Source: a bacterium
Lineage (GTDB): Bacteria > Zhuqueibacterota > Zhuqueibacteria > Residuimicrobiales > Krinioviventaceae
Assembly (NCBI GenBank): GCA_963693055.1
Contig: OY843751.1
Location: 4,544,001-4,608,000, forward strand
DNA length: 64,000 bases
Reading direction: 5' to 3'
Program-made: the position numbers and the translations under genes
Shown: piece after piece, positions 23,696-34,604 of the stretch
How the letters are laid out: each line of letters opens with the position of its first letter
Numbering within the stretch: position 1 is the first letter of the stretch
The notes under the pieces: model-generated
Database searches by the model: none
What the model was told of the DNA's origin: nothing
The model's input: only the letters and a program-made list of their open reading frames with translations

Positions 23696-26108
23696 ATTCA
23701 TACTTTATAGAGTCAACAGGGTTTGCTTGAGCGGCCCGTATCACTTGCCAACTTATGGTTATCAACGCAACGGCTAACAGAATCGTTCCCGAAAAAATAA
23801 AAGTAAATATACCAATATTGATCCTGTAAGCAAAATTCTCAAGCCAGTTGTTCATAAAATACCAGGCAAGTGGCCAGGCAATCACATTAGCTACAAGAAT
23901 CCACTTTAAAAAATCCTTAATTAGCAGTAAAACAACATTTACTACAGAAGAACCCAACACCTTACGGATCCCAATTTCTTTGGTTCGCTGCATTGTAGTA
24001 AAAGATACAATACCAAACAACCCCAAACAGGCTACAAATATTGCCAATACAGAAAAAACAGATAATACATGGCCTGCCTGTATTTCAGATTTATACATCT
24101 TGCCAAATTCATCGTCATAAAAAACATAATCCAACGGTTGGTCAGGCACATACTGTACCCATTGGTTTTCAATATGCTTTAAGGTTTTCTGAATATTCCC
24201 CCCTCTCAATTTGACAGAGAGTAAATAAGCAGTCCTTTCTTTTATCATTACAGAGGCCATGGGTTTTATATCATAATGTAATGAAGCCAAATGAAAATCT
24301 TCAAAAACACCAATAATTTTCAAGCGTGTACGGTTTCTGCCCAACAAGTACAAGTCTTCCTGCTGCCAGTTTTCAATATTCATTGCTTTTATTGCGGCTT
24401 TGTTCAATATGACACCTTCTGCATCTGCAGGCCGGGTTTTATCAAAAAACCGTCCTTCCGCCATTTTTACATCATATGTTTTTTGAAAATCATAATCAGA
24501 TAAAATTGTAATCAATGTGTAATTCTGATTCGCTTGCGGACGCTCAAACACTTTAACCTCAAGGCGCATCTGTGGCACACAATCTGTAAATGTTGCGCTT
24601 TTGATATTAGAGTCCGTTAACAAACTGTTTTTAAATGCTTCCCGGTTCGTCAGAGATTCAGCGTTTTGGATCACCACAATCTGGTCTTTATCAAAACCCA
24701 GTTCTTTGGTTTGAAAATATTTCAATTGATTATAAATAACAAGGGTACCAATGATTAATGCAATAGAAGCCACAAACTGAAAAATAACCAGTATATTCCT
24801 GAATTGACCACCATGTGTACCTGCCATATATTTTCCTTTGAGTATCAACGCCGGTTTAAATGAGGATAAAACCAATGCGGGATAACTGCCCGCAATAGAT
24901 CCTATAAACACAACGCTTAGTAACAGCAAGGGAATAAACATAACATTTTGAAATAATGTAAAAGGTATCGCTCTTCCCAACAGCTGACTAAATACAGGCA
25001 ATACCAGAACAACCACGATTAATGCAACAACAACAGCAATAAAACATAATACAATGGTTTCAATTAGAAATTGCACAACCAGATGCATGCGGGTGGACCC
25101 CACTGCCTTGCGTACACCAATCTCTCGTGTTCGTCTGGCCGAACGACTGATTGCCAGATTGATAAAATTAATACATGCCACAAAGAGAATTATTATAGCT
25201 ATTGCAGAAAATATATAAACTGTTTTAATATTGCCGCCTGGCTCCAAATTGTTCTCTACTTTGGAGTACAAGTGAATTTGCGTTAACGGTTCCAGAAAAA
25301 AAGTATATTCGTATCCGTTTGCGAGAAACTCATCCCATGCTAAACCGGTTATCATCTTAATTACCGGCTCTGCATGTTCCCGCGAAAATCGATCAAGCTT
25401 TGCCTCCAATTGACCTGATGGATAATCTTCAGGAAGGACTACATACGTTAACACCGCAGTGTCGTACCAATCCGTATCTCTGCTTTTCTTTAAACTGGAA
25501 AATGAAGCCATAAAATCGAAATGGAAATGCGAGTTAACCGGTAGGTCTTCTGCGATAGCGGTGACTTTATACAAGGTTCCGTCTTCAAATTTCAGCATTT
25601 TTCCAATGGGGTTCACGTCCCCAAAATACTTTTTCGCAGTTTCAGGAGTTATCATAACCGAATTGGGTGAATTTAATGCGGTTTTAGCATCTCCCGTAAG
25701 CACCGTAATATCAAATACATCAAATATCGTTGAATCGGCCCACACAAAATTCTTTTCGCTATATTGCTTATCCTCATATCTCACATAAACGTTTCCGCCA
25801 TACAAGCTGATGCTGTAAAGTCTCGTAGCAGCTAATACTTCGGGGAAATCGCTCAACATTGCTTCTGCAAGGGGACACGGAGCCAATGCGGATTCAAATT
25901 CATTTACACCCACATGAAACCGCCAGGGTACCTGATAAATCTGGCTGGCTTTGCTGTGAAACCGATCGTAGCTCAATTCGTTACGTACAAATAATAAAAT
26001 CAACAAACAACTTGCCAAACCAACACTTAAACCGACAATATTGATAAGTGAATAGCTTTTATACTTAATCAGATTTCGGTAAGCTACTTTGATATAATTG
26101 ATCAGCAT
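23694..26108 (-). CDS. MacB/FtsX-type ABC transporter permease (duplicated-domain, ~800 aa), copy 11 (last in operon)
   Basis: MLINYIKVAYRNL start, ACINFINL..REIGVRKAVG, RTKEIGIRKVLG, NPVDSIKYE end; start 1 nt after the ATPase stop. Confidence 0.92.
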   Translation of the reverse strand: MLINYIKVAYRNLIKYKSYSLINIVGLSVGLASCLLILLFVRNELSYDRFHSKASQIYQVPWRFHVGVNEFESALAPCPLAEAMLSDFPEVLAATRLYSISLYGGNVYVRYEDKQYSEKNFVWADSTIFDVFDITVLTGDAKTALNSPNSVMITPETAKKYFGDVNPIGKMLKFEDGTLYKVTAIAEDLPVNSHFHFDFMASFSSLKKSRDTDWYDTAVLTYVVLPEDYPSGQLEAKLDRFSREHAEPVIKMITGLAWDEFLANGYEYTFFLEPLTQIHLYSKVENNLEPGGNIKTVYIFSAIAIIILFVACINFINLAISRSARRTREIGVRKAVGSTRMHLVVQFLIETIVLCFIAVVVALIVVVLVLPVFSQLLGRAIPFTLFQNVMFIPLLLLSVVFIGSIAGSYPALVLSSFKPALILKGKYMAGTHGGQFRNILVIFQFVASIALIIGTLVIYNQLKYFQTKELGFDKDQIVVIQNAESLTNREAFKNSLLTDSNIKSATFTDCVPQMRLEVKVFERPQANQNYTLITILSDYDFQKTYDVKMAEGRFFDKTRPADAEGVILNKAAIKAMNIENWQQEDLYLLGRNRTRLKIIGVFEDFHLASLHYDIKPMASVMIKERTAYLLSVKLRGGNIQKTLKHIENQWVQYVPDQPLDYVFYDDEFGKMYKSEIQAGHVLSVFSVLAIFVACLGLFGIVSFTTMQRTKEIGIRKVLGSSVVNVVLLLIKDFLKWILVANVIAWPLAWYFMNNWLENFAYRINIGIFTFIFSGTILLAVALITISWQVIRAAQANPVDSIKYE

Positions 26109-26109
26109 T

Positions 26110-26793
26110 TCAATCATGATCGACCTTGACCTCTTTTTCTAAATAACCGTCCAGTAAATGGATTATTCTGTCACCATATTCTGCTTTTTTCTCATCATGC
26201 GTTACCTGAATAATGGTTGTACCGTCTTTGTTCAACTGCTTCAACATTTCCATAATCTCAGTGCCCTGCTTTGAATTCAAATTGCCGGTAGGCTCATCCG
26301 CCAATATCAATTTGGGATTAATTATCATGGCCCGGGCCACCGCAACCAACTGCTGTTGGCCGCCGCTCAACTGGTGTGGGAACAGATCTTTTTTCGCAAC
26401 TATATTAAACCGGTCAAGCATATCTGCTACCAGACTTTTTCGCTCGCTGCCCTTTACTTTTTTGTACAACAGCGGAGTTTCCAGATTCTCATATACTGTC
26501 AGTTCATCAATAAGATGATAAGCCTGAAACACAAAACCAATATTTTGCTGATGCAATGCCGTACGTTTTTTTTCATTCAACGCGTGTACAGCTTGATCAT
26601 TGAAATAATATTCCCCTTCAGACATGTCATCCAGCATCCCGATTATATGCAGCAATGTGGATTTACCCGCACCGGAAGGTCCCATAATAGTCACAAACTC
26701 ACCCTCCTCAATCTCAAGGTCAATATCCCTCAGCACCCAGGTCTTGACAAACTTGTTGGAATAGTATTTTTCAATATCTTTTAATTTGATCAT
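26110..26793 (-). CDS. ABC transporter ATP-binding protein (MacB/LolD type)
   Basis: [25 protein letters not shown]. Confidence 0.95.
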   Translation of the reverse strand: MIKLKDIEKYYSNKFVKTWVLRDIDLEIEEGEFVTIMGPSGAGKSTLLHIIGMLDDMSEGEYYFNDQAVHALNEKKRTALHQQNIGFVFQAYHLIDELTVYENLETPLLYKKVKGSERKSLVADMLDRFNIVAKKDLFPHQLSGGQQQLVAVARAMIINPKLILADEPTGNLNSKQGTEIMEMLKQLNKDGTTIIQVTHDEKKAEYGDRIIHLLDGYLEKEVKVDHD

Positions 26794-26846
26794 TCCATTT
26801 CTCCATATTTTTCTTTTACTTTATTTGCATAATTCATTTTTCATCT

Positions 26847-26976
26847 GGTTCTCAGTATTCATTAAAATCATCAATTATTCAAATACAAAAATTCATTTAA
26901 ATTATAAAGTTTTTGTAAATCTAATCAGTTAATCTTACTGATCACTAATAACTGACAACTGAATACTATTATTCAT
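26847..26976. repeat. Degenerate inverted heptamer element preceded by an ATGAATAA gene-end remnant
   Basis: actgatc-actaata-actgaca-actgaat-act at 26937-26967, ttattcat at 26969-26976, weak partner arm ggttctcagtattca at 26847. Confidence 0.6.
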
Positions 26977-27004
26977 CTCCCGTCTGTCCTTTACCGTCTA
27001 CCCT

Positions 27005-27031
27005 CGGCTCCTGAGCTTGTAAAAAGGACAA
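27005..27031. repeat. REP-like junction element type B (copy 1)
   Basis: cggctcctgagcttgtaaaaaggacaa, similar to cggttcctgagcttgtcgaaggacaa at 37018-37043. Confidence 0.6.
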
Positions 27032-27032
27032 A

Positions 27033-29486
27033 TTACTCATACCTCAACGTAACCACTGGCCGAATCAAAAGCACCTTAATAACCTGAGCGCTGATGGCCG
27101 CAAATGCAATGATCAGGGCCCCGGCAACAGGCAATATGAAAAGGAAAATATTCAAAGGCGACCGGTAAGCAAAATTCTCAAGCCATATTTTAACAACAAA
27201 CCAGGAAACCGGCACTGCAAACAAACCCGCTATAAAAACCAGGAAAATAAACTTTTTGGCCAATAAATAATAGACCTGGCTCAATGATGCGCCCAGCACT
27301 TTACGGATGCCAATCTCTTTTGTCCGTTGCTGTACAATAAATGACGCCAGCCCACTTAATCCCGTACAGGCTACAAATAGTGCAATCAATGACACAAATC
27401 CCAGCAACCTCCCAGCCTGGATCTCTGAATGGTATTGCCGGTCATAGTCCTCATCCAGGAAAAATCCTTCCAAAGGAATGTCAGGGTACATTTCTTTCCA
27501 TCTTGAGCTCACAAAATCCAAAGTTGAATGCACATCCTGATCCAGCATATTCAAAGTCAGATAATTAAATCTGTACCCGGAATGCTCAATAAATAAGGGT
27601 TCCACCTCTTGCTGCATGCCTTCATAATAGAAATCCTTTACTACGCCAACAATCTCTTTTGCCCGCTGATACGGTGTATAACATTCCTGCCAAACAGTTC
27701 CCACAGCTTCCTGAGCAGATTCAAATCCCAATAACGCTACGGCAGATTCGTTAACGAGTATCCCGCCGTTTTTATCACCTCTATCCTCCATCATAGCACG
27801 TCCGGCAACTACCGGTATCTGATAAACATTTACAAAATCACAATCACCGTCAATAAAACTCAACTGCCGGGAAGGATCATGTCGTTTTCCAGGTACACGT
27901 AAATTATTTTTCAAAATAGACCTGCCAGGAATACCGGATGATACAGTCGAGCCAGTGATCATGGGATGTCTGGCCATCTCCGCTTTCAAGCTCAAATAAT
28001 CTTTGCTTAATTTCCTGTTATTTCTGAATGGGATGATATATTTTTGTTCCTTACTGAAACCAAGCTCCTGGGTTCTCATAAAATCCAATTGACTGTGCAT
28101 AGCAAGCGTACAAATCGCAAACAAAATTGAAATCACAAATTGGGCGATCACAAAAAACCGTACAAACCCGGAACCCTGCTTACCGGACACTTTAACCGAT
28201 TTAAGGACGGTAACTGGCTTTAATAAAGACATAATAAAAGCGGGATACAAACCGGCCCCCAAACCGACACTTGTTACAAGCACAAAAAGTGCAATAATCA
28301 CATTTCGCTCAAGTAATGGATAAAGGTCAAGGTCTGCGTTTGCCATTGAATTAAATGGCCCCACAAAAAGTCCTGCAAACAATAAAGCGATTGCAAATGA
28401 AATGACCGCAACAGCCATTGATTCACTAATAAACTGTCTGATCAATTGACTTCGTGTAACACCAAATGTTTTTTTTACCCCCACCTCGCGGGAACGTCGA
28501 ATCGAAAGCGTTGCGGTCAGGTTGATGTAATTCAAACATCCTATCAACAAGATCATTACTGCAATAGACGCGTAAATATAAATAAATAAATATTGGCCGG
28601 GCGGCTCAAGCTCTTCAGCTTCTCCCCCTATACTGAAACCGGCCAACCGGGATTTAAAATGGATATCTTTAACAGGTTGTAAAAAATAATTACGCTCTTG
28701 TTTCCAGGCATTCAGTTTTTCACCATAATATGTGTATGCAAGCCTTTTTATTTGATCTTCAAACATTAACGCATCAACGCCCTCTGATAATTTAACATAG
28801 GTATAAGCTGAACTGTTGTCCCACCCTAGAAAAGATGAATTGTTTGCAAACAATTCTGCCGAAGCAATAATGTCAAATTTAAAATGCGTGTTCGAACGTG
28901 AATTTTCAACAACACCCGTTATCTCGTAATCTAACAAAGGGGCCCCATTATCAGAACGTCCGCCAATTGTGGGATCAAGTAATTGAAACCGTTTCCCAAC
29001 AGGGTTCTCGTTGGGGGAATACATATCTGCAATCTCTCGTGTAATTACCGCGGTCCGAGGTCGAAGCAATGCGTCCTTAGCGCGTCCTTTCACAAACGGT
29101 ATGCTGAAAACATCAAACAAAGACGGGTCCGCGTAAAATAACCTCTCCGGAAAAGAGTGCTGCTGGCCGAATTTAACCATACCGTTTCGTATACGATAGA
29201 GCCTCGCTGTCTGGTCAACTTGAGGGTAGTCATCAAGTATCTTGCCAACCAACGGCGAGATCCTTGCTTTTCTAAAATGCCCGGCGGGAACAGTCCGATC
29301 TTCTGCGATGCGATATATATTATCTGCATTATCATGAAATGCATCATAAGCTAGCTCATTGTGAACATATAAAAAAATTACGATACAGCAAGCCATACCC
29401 AAGGCCAAACCAGATATTTTTATTAAAGAAATATACTTGTTCCTCAATATATTTCGTATTACTATTTTAATATCATGACCAATCAC
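27033..29486 (-). CDS. MacB/FtsX-type ABC permease, copy 10
   Basis: GCLNYINL..REVGVKK, RTKEIGIRKVLGAS, ends LRYE. Confidence 0.92.
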   Translation of the reverse strand: MIGHDIKIVIRNILRNKYISLIKISGLALGMACCIVIFLYVHNELAYDAFHDNADNIYRIAEDRTVPAGHFRKARISPLVGKILDDYPQVDQTARLYRIRNGMVKFGQQHSFPERLFYADPSLFDVFSIPFVKGRAKDALLRPRTAVITREIADMYSPNENPVGKRFQLLDPTIGGRSDNGAPLLDYEITGVVENSRSNTHFKFDIIASAELFANNSSFLGWDNSSAYTYVKLSEGVDALMFEDQIKRLAYTYYGEKLNAWKQERNYFLQPVKDIHFKSRLAGFSIGGEAEELEPPGQYLFIYIYASIAVMILLIGCLNYINLTATLSIRRSREVGVKKTFGVTRSQLIRQFISESMAVAVISFAIALLFAGLFVGPFNSMANADLDLYPLLERNVIIALFVLVTSVGLGAGLYPAFIMSLLKPVTVLKSVKVSGKQGSGFVRFFVIAQFVISILFAICTLAMHSQLDFMRTQELGFSKEQKYIIPFRNNRKLSKDYLSLKAEMARHPMITGSTVSSGIPGRSILKNNLRVPGKRHDPSRQLSFIDGDCDFVNVYQIPVVAGRAMMEDRGDKNGGILVNESAVALLGFESAQEAVGTVWQECYTPYQRAKEIVGVVKDFYYEGMQQEVEPLFIEHSGYRFNYLTLNMLDQDVHSTLDFVSSRWKEMYPDIPLEGFFLDEDYDRQYHSEIQAGRLLGFVSLIALFVACTGLSGLASFIVQQRTKEIGIRKVLGASLSQVYYLLAKKFIFLVFIAGLFAVPVSWFVVKIWLENFAYRSPLNIFLFILPVAGALIIAFAAISAQVIKVLLIRPVVTLRYE

Positions 29487-29638
29487 ATATCCTCCGGAAT
29501 AGCATTTAGGATTACAATTTAAATAACTTTTAAAAAAAGGATATTCATTAGAGATTACGACATTTTTTTAATTTTCATTAATGTTTTCGCTCTCATTTCA
29601 ATATCTTTTATAAAAATTTCAAGTTTAAACTATGAGTA

Positions 29639-32050
29639 TTATTCATACCTCAACGTATCCACCGGATTCGTTTGAGCCGCCCGAAAAGCCTGTGTGGTTA
29701 CCGTTAGCAGAGTAATGATCCAGACAACAATCAGCGGAAGCAAAAAAAGCAATACATTCAGATCCATCTTTTGCACAAAATCATTCAGCCAGAGTCGGAT
29801 CCCATAAATACCGGCAGGCAGCGCAACAATAAATGCAATACCCAGCAATAACAGAAAATCTTTTGCAAACATGAGTACAATACCCGGCACATTGGCACCC
29901 AATACCTTACGAATACCTACTTCTTTGGTCCGCTGCACCGCACTATATGCCGAAAGTCCCAGAATTCCCAAACAAGTTACCAGTACCGCAAGGACCGAAA
30001 ACAAACCAATCACCTGCCCAAACATTTGGTCTGCTTTGTATTGCTGATCATAATACTCGTCCAGAAAATAAAAATCAAAAGGATTCCCAGGGAAAAACTG
30101 GGCCCACAATTCCTGTACTTGTTTCATACTTTGCGGAATGGATTTACCATCCAGATTCAGCGCAAATACACCAAAATACGCAGTGGGATAATAACGAAAT
30201 ATTTGCGGTTCAAAATCGTCTTTGACTGTCTGCTGATGATAATTTTTCACCACACCAATTATAGGATAAATCTTTTCCCAATAACTGACTTCACTTCCAA
30301 CTGCTTCTTCTGCAGATTCGAATCCCATCCACTCTACGGCTTTTTCATTCAGCATCAATGCACCCTTGTCTGACGAAAACTCACGGGAAAAGGAACGTCC
30401 CGCCACTATTTCCAAATCAAACATTTCTATAAAATTAAAATCCACGCCTGTGATCATGTAATTTCGATTATGAGTCTGATCACTCCCCTTTTTCCGGATT
30501 CCGCCATTGTCCCAGAAAAACTGACGCCCCGGCACTTCGGTTACAAAACACGCATCAGTCACTCCCGATAAACGTTTGGCCTCGGTTTTAAAAGCTTCAA
30601 ACTTTTCTTCTTTGCCTTCTTCTGCCACAACCCTGGGCACCTTGAACACTAATGTTTGGTTCATTGCAAATCCCAAATCCTGCTTACGCATAAACCGGAT
30701 CTGATTATAAATTGCAAATGTCCCTGTAATTAACAGCAAGGCAATAATAAACTGAGTCAGCAGCAGTACTTTACGCAGCCCCATACCTCTGAATCCTGCA
30801 CTATTTTTTACTTTTAATACCTTTTGTGGCTTGAATGATGTGAGCAAAAAAACAGGATAACTTCCAGAGAATACGACTCCTGCAACAAATAAAATAGCTA
30901 TTCCAGCCCAAAACCACACACGGTCAAGCAATGAATACATATCCGGCATTCCGGTAAAATGATAAAATTGAGGTAAAACCAAAACAATCAAGACCAGAGC
31001 TATCAATACAGACAATGCATTTACAATCACTGTCTCTAGTAAGAATTGTGTACCTAAATGCCTGCGAGACGCACCAACCACCTTGCGTATACCCACCTCT
31101 TTTGCCCGGCTCATGGCCATTGCCGTCGAAAGATTGATATAATTGATCCACGCCATCAAGACAATAAATACAGCAATAACAGACAAGATCCGCACGGTAT
31201 CCTGACTGCCATTAACCTTAAATTCCTGCAAATAATGCGATTTTAAATGTATATCTGCTAATGGTTGTAATTGCAAATAAACATGTACACCATATTTTTC
31301 AATCCATTCTTTAAACTCGTTTTCAACACTGTTCAAAATTTGTGATTGCAGTTCCTGAACATCTGTCCCCTTGGTCAGGCGTAAATAAGTGAAAAATCCG
31401 GTATATCCCCATGCCTCTTGCAGTTCCTGCCCCTTTAGGGTTATCAGGTCCTTATATGCCAGCAATACATCACATTGTATATGCGAATTTTCAGGAAAAT
31501 CTTTATAAACCCCGGTTATTATATAACTATTGTCCTTGTCCACCTGAAACATTTTCCCAGTGGCCGGTTCATCTCCAAAATATTTTTTCGCAACAGAACT
31601 GGCAATCAATGCGGTTCCGGGTTTGACCAGTGCGCTATCAAAAGTTCCGTCAACCAGAGAAAAGGTAAACACATCCAAAAGCTCCGGTTCAGCAAAAAAC
31701 ATAAACTCTTCGGTAAACTTTTTTTGTTCAAAAGACATGACCGCTTTATGTCTGTACAAACGCCCAATCTTTTCAATCTGCGGAAACTTTTCCTTAACAA
31801 AGGGAGCTCCGGGCGGGCAACAAGAGGCAAATTGCACAATCGTCCCTTCGTCAGCGGTCCGCTCATACCGTAAACGATAGATCTGTTCATAATCATCGTG
31901 AAATTTATCAAAACTGGTTTCATAGTGAATATAATGAAAAATCAACAGGCACGACACAATGCCCACACTCAAGCCAATAATATTGAGCAAAGTAAAAAAT
32001 CTGGATTTTAATAAATTCCGAATCGCCACTCTAAAGTAATTTTGAAACAT
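29639..32050 (-). CDS. MacB/FtsX-type ABC permease, copy 9
   Basis: MFQNYFRVAIRNL, AWINYINL..RAKEVGIRK, NPVDTLRYE. Confidence 0.93.
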   Translation of the reverse strand: MFQNYFRVAIRNLLKSRFFTLLNIIGLSVGIVSCLLIFHYIHYETSFDKFHDDYEQIYRLRYERTADEGTIVQFASCCPPGAPFVKEKFPQIEKIGRLYRHKAVMSFEQKKFTEEFMFFAEPELLDVFTFSLVDGTFDSALVKPGTALIASSVAKKYFGDEPATGKMFQVDKDNSYIITGVYKDFPENSHIQCDVLLAYKDLITLKGQELQEAWGYTGFFTYLRLTKGTDVQELQSQILNSVENEFKEWIEKYGVHVYLQLQPLADIHLKSHYLQEFKVNGSQDTVRILSVIAVFIVLMAWINYINLSTAMAMSRAKEVGIRKVVGASRRHLGTQFLLETVIVNALSVLIALVLIVLVLPQFYHFTGMPDMYSLLDRVWFWAGIAILFVAGVVFSGSYPVFLLTSFKPQKVLKVKNSAGFRGMGLRKVLLLTQFIIALLLITGTFAIYNQIRFMRKQDLGFAMNQTLVFKVPRVVAEEGKEEKFEAFKTEAKRLSGVTDACFVTEVPGRQFFWDNGGIRKKGSDQTHNRNYMITGVDFNFIEMFDLEIVAGRSFSREFSSDKGALMLNEKAVEWMGFESAEEAVGSEVSYWEKIYPIIGVVKNYHQQTVKDDFEPQIFRYYPTAYFGVFALNLDGKSIPQSMKQVQELWAQFFPGNPFDFYFLDEYYDQQYKADQMFGQVIGLFSVLAVLVTCLGILGLSAYSAVQRTKEVGIRKVLGANVPGIVLMFAKDFLLLLGIAFIVALPAGIYGIRLWLNDFVQKMDLNVLLFLLPLIVVWIITLLTVTTQAFRAAQTNPVDTLRYE

Positions 32051-32106
32051 TTTTATCCCTTTTAAATTTATTCAATTGGATATGCCATTCGACTTAAATT
32101 TTTTCT

Positions 32107-32191
32107 AGTTTTCAGTTATCAGTCATATTAAATCATTTAATAAACTCAAAATAGATAGCCACTGAAAACTGCATACTGATAACTGATTACT
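32107..32191. repeat. Inverted heptamer-repeat hairpin (type A)
   Basis: agttttcagttatcagt ... actgaaaactgcatactgataactgattact, directly after the stop of 32193. Confidence 0.8.
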
Positions 32192-32192
32192 C

Positions 32193-34541
32193 TTATTCAA
32201 ACCTCAATGCGTCTACCGGATTGGCATTTGCCGCTTTAATGGATTGCCAACTCACAGTTAACACGGCAAAAGCAAAAGCCAGAAAACCGGCCAATACAAA
32301 TATCCACAAATCCAGATGGATCCGGTACACATAGCTTTGCAGCCATTTATTCATCAAAAACCACGAAACCGGCCACGCAATTACATTCGCAATCAACACC
32401 CATTTTCCAAAATCGATAAAAGTTTTAACAACAATACCCGACACCTCGGCTCCCAAAACTTTGCGGATCCCAATCTCTTTTGTGCGCTGTTCATTTAAAA
32501 ATGTTGACAAACCAAACAGTCCCAGACAAGAGACAAATACAGCAAGTATAGTGGACAAGAGTATAATTTTTTGAGAGAATTCTTGTGTCTGATTAAACTG
32601 ATGAGAAACATCACTCAAATATTGATAATTCAAGGGCCGTTCCGGGCTGAAGCGATTACAAGTTTCACGTATAAAACCAACAGTTTTGGTGATTTCTCTA
32701 ATATCTTTTAATTCAGGATTCATTTTTATAAATAGATATTTACTTGCTGCTGTATTTAGCCCAAATGCTAGGGGTTCGGGTTTTCCGGTTAATGTTTTAT
32801 TATGATGAAAATCTTTGACAATACCCACCAGTGTGATATATCGGTCATTCACAAAAAAGGGAACACCTGCCTTCATCTCCATACCTGCTGCCTTAATCGC
32901 CGCTTCATTTACAACCACAGCGCCTTTTGCATCATTGGGAAATTCCGAAGAGAAATATCGTCCATCTACCAATTCCAGATCAAATGCTTCCAAAAAATCA
33001 TATCCGGTTTCTGTATAGCACAATCTACGTGACTTTTGATCGTTCACACCCCATTGAAAAAAAGACCCGTTTAAAATCGAATTGGGAAGATTTGATGCAG
33101 TAGTTACCGTTTTGATTTGCGGATTCTGTAGTAATTCTTGTTTCAAGGGCTGATAATTATTTTGTATCTCTCCATCCATTTGAACATAAATTACATTGCT
33201 TTCATTGACACCCAAATTGAAATTTTTCACATATTTCACCTGGGAGCTAATCACAATCGCCATAATCACAAATCCAATCGAAAAAACAAATTGCACAACA
33301 ATCAAAGTTTTTCTCAATCGTCCTCGGGCGGAAGATAAAGACTGTTGCTTGAATATCTTGACAGGTTGAAATCGGGATAAATACAAAGCAGGGTATCCAC
33401 CGGCAAGCAATCCTGTAACAATCAATAACCCAACAAATCCAATCCAAAACACAGGATCAGCAATATCGAGACTGATTGCCTTACCGGTCATTTGGTTAAA
33501 TTTGTTTAATAAAAGACGTATAATTAAAAGAGCGAGTACTCCTGCCATTCCGGTCAAGAGTAATGATTCACCCATAAACTGTTTCGCAATTTCAAACCGG
33601 CTTGCACCGGTCACTTTGCGCACAGCTATCTCTCTGGCTCTAACGGTAGCACGTGCTGTAGCCAAATTCATAAAGTTAATACAGGCAATGGATAATATAA
33701 TCAGAGCTATTAATGCCAGAATTAAATTGCGCGTTTCTCCTCCGGTATCAAACATATAAGTATCGTTAAATGGCATTAATACAATTTCAAAGGATATCGT
33801 TTCCCCTTTTGAAAAAATTCGTTGACTGATTTTGTCAGATAAATTTTGATAATCAATACCGGAATCCAGCAAAACATAAGTCAAATATTGACATGGAAAA
33901 AATGGAGTTCCTTCTATATCCTGCCCCAGCTTTTTTAAAAATTCCAGGGGCAAAACATAGGTAAAGGTCCTGTAGGCATTTCCAGGAAGGTCTTCAACAA
34001 TACCGGTTACTTTGAAATCAAATTTATTATCATAACGAATCACTTGCCCCAGAGCATTCTCATTACCAAAATATTTTTTTGCTAATGATTCGGTTAATAC
34101 GATACTCTCAGGGTCCTGCAACGCGGTTTCAGGATTACCCGAGATGAATGAATATGAAAACACACTAAAAATGGACGGGTCCGCAGAAATCCCCCCCCTC
34201 TCTAATATCCGGGTTTCACCGGTCTTGAATACATGCGGGGCCATTAATCGCACACGAACCGACTCTATAATTTCAGGATATTCGGATTTAAAAATATTTG
34301 CAATAGCGGGCGATACCGTAGACTGCAAGTTGGTATTTTCACCCTGTGTGCTTTTTAAATACGCTTGACACATTCTGTCCCGGTTTTCATGGAAACTGTC
34401 AACGCTCAATTCATTCTGTATCCATAAAAGAATTAAAATGGAACAACTCAATCCTATAGCCAAACCTGCAACATTTATAAATGAATAGGTCTTGTATTTC
34501 ATCAAATTCCGAAAAACCGCTTTTAACAAATTCTTGAACAT
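32193..34541 (-). CDS. MacB/FtsX-type ABC permease, copy 8
   Basis: MFKNLLKAVFRNL, ACINFMNLATAR, NPVDALRFE. Confidence 0.93.
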   Translation of the reverse strand: MFKNLLKAVFRNLMKYKTYSFINVAGLAIGLSCSILILLWIQNELSVDSFHENRDRMCQAYLKSTQGENTNLQSTVSPAIANIFKSEYPEIIESVRVRLMAPHVFKTGETRILERGGISADPSIFSVFSYSFISGNPETALQDPESIVLTESLAKKYFGNENALGQVIRYDNKFDFKVTGIVEDLPGNAYRTFTYVLPLEFLKKLGQDIEGTPFFPCQYLTYVLLDSGIDYQNLSDKISQRIFSKGETISFEIVLMPFNDTYMFDTGGETRNLILALIALIILSIACINFMNLATARATVRAREIAVRKVTGASRFEIAKQFMGESLLLTGMAGVLALLIIRLLLNKFNQMTGKAISLDIADPVFWIGFVGLLIVTGLLAGGYPALYLSRFQPVKIFKQQSLSSARGRLRKTLIVVQFVFSIGFVIMAIVISSQVKYVKNFNLGVNESNVIYVQMDGEIQNNYQPLKQELLQNPQIKTVTTASNLPNSILNGSFFQWGVNDQKSRRLCYTETGYDFLEAFDLELVDGRYFSSEFPNDAKGAVVVNEAAIKAAGMEMKAGVPFFVNDRYITLVGIVKDFHHNKTLTGKPEPLAFGLNTAASKYLFIKMNPELKDIREITKTVGFIRETCNRFSPERPLNYQYLSDVSHQFNQTQEFSQKIILLSTILAVFVSCLGLFGLSTFLNEQRTKEIGIRKVLGAEVSGIVVKTFIDFGKWVLIANVIAWPVSWFLMNKWLQSYVYRIHLDLWIFVLAGFLAFAFAVLTVSWQSIKAANANPVDALRFE

Positions 34542-34604
34542 TATGAGAACCTCAACTATATTAATAACAAAATAACTATAAATATCTACCAGACAGAAAT
34601 CGTA

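Noticed and set aside
29631-29647. Near-palindrome TATGAGTATTATTCATA at the stop of permease 29639 as a dif-like site
   Set aside because: Single occurrence in AT-rich DNA and no match to the XerC/XerD arm consensus.
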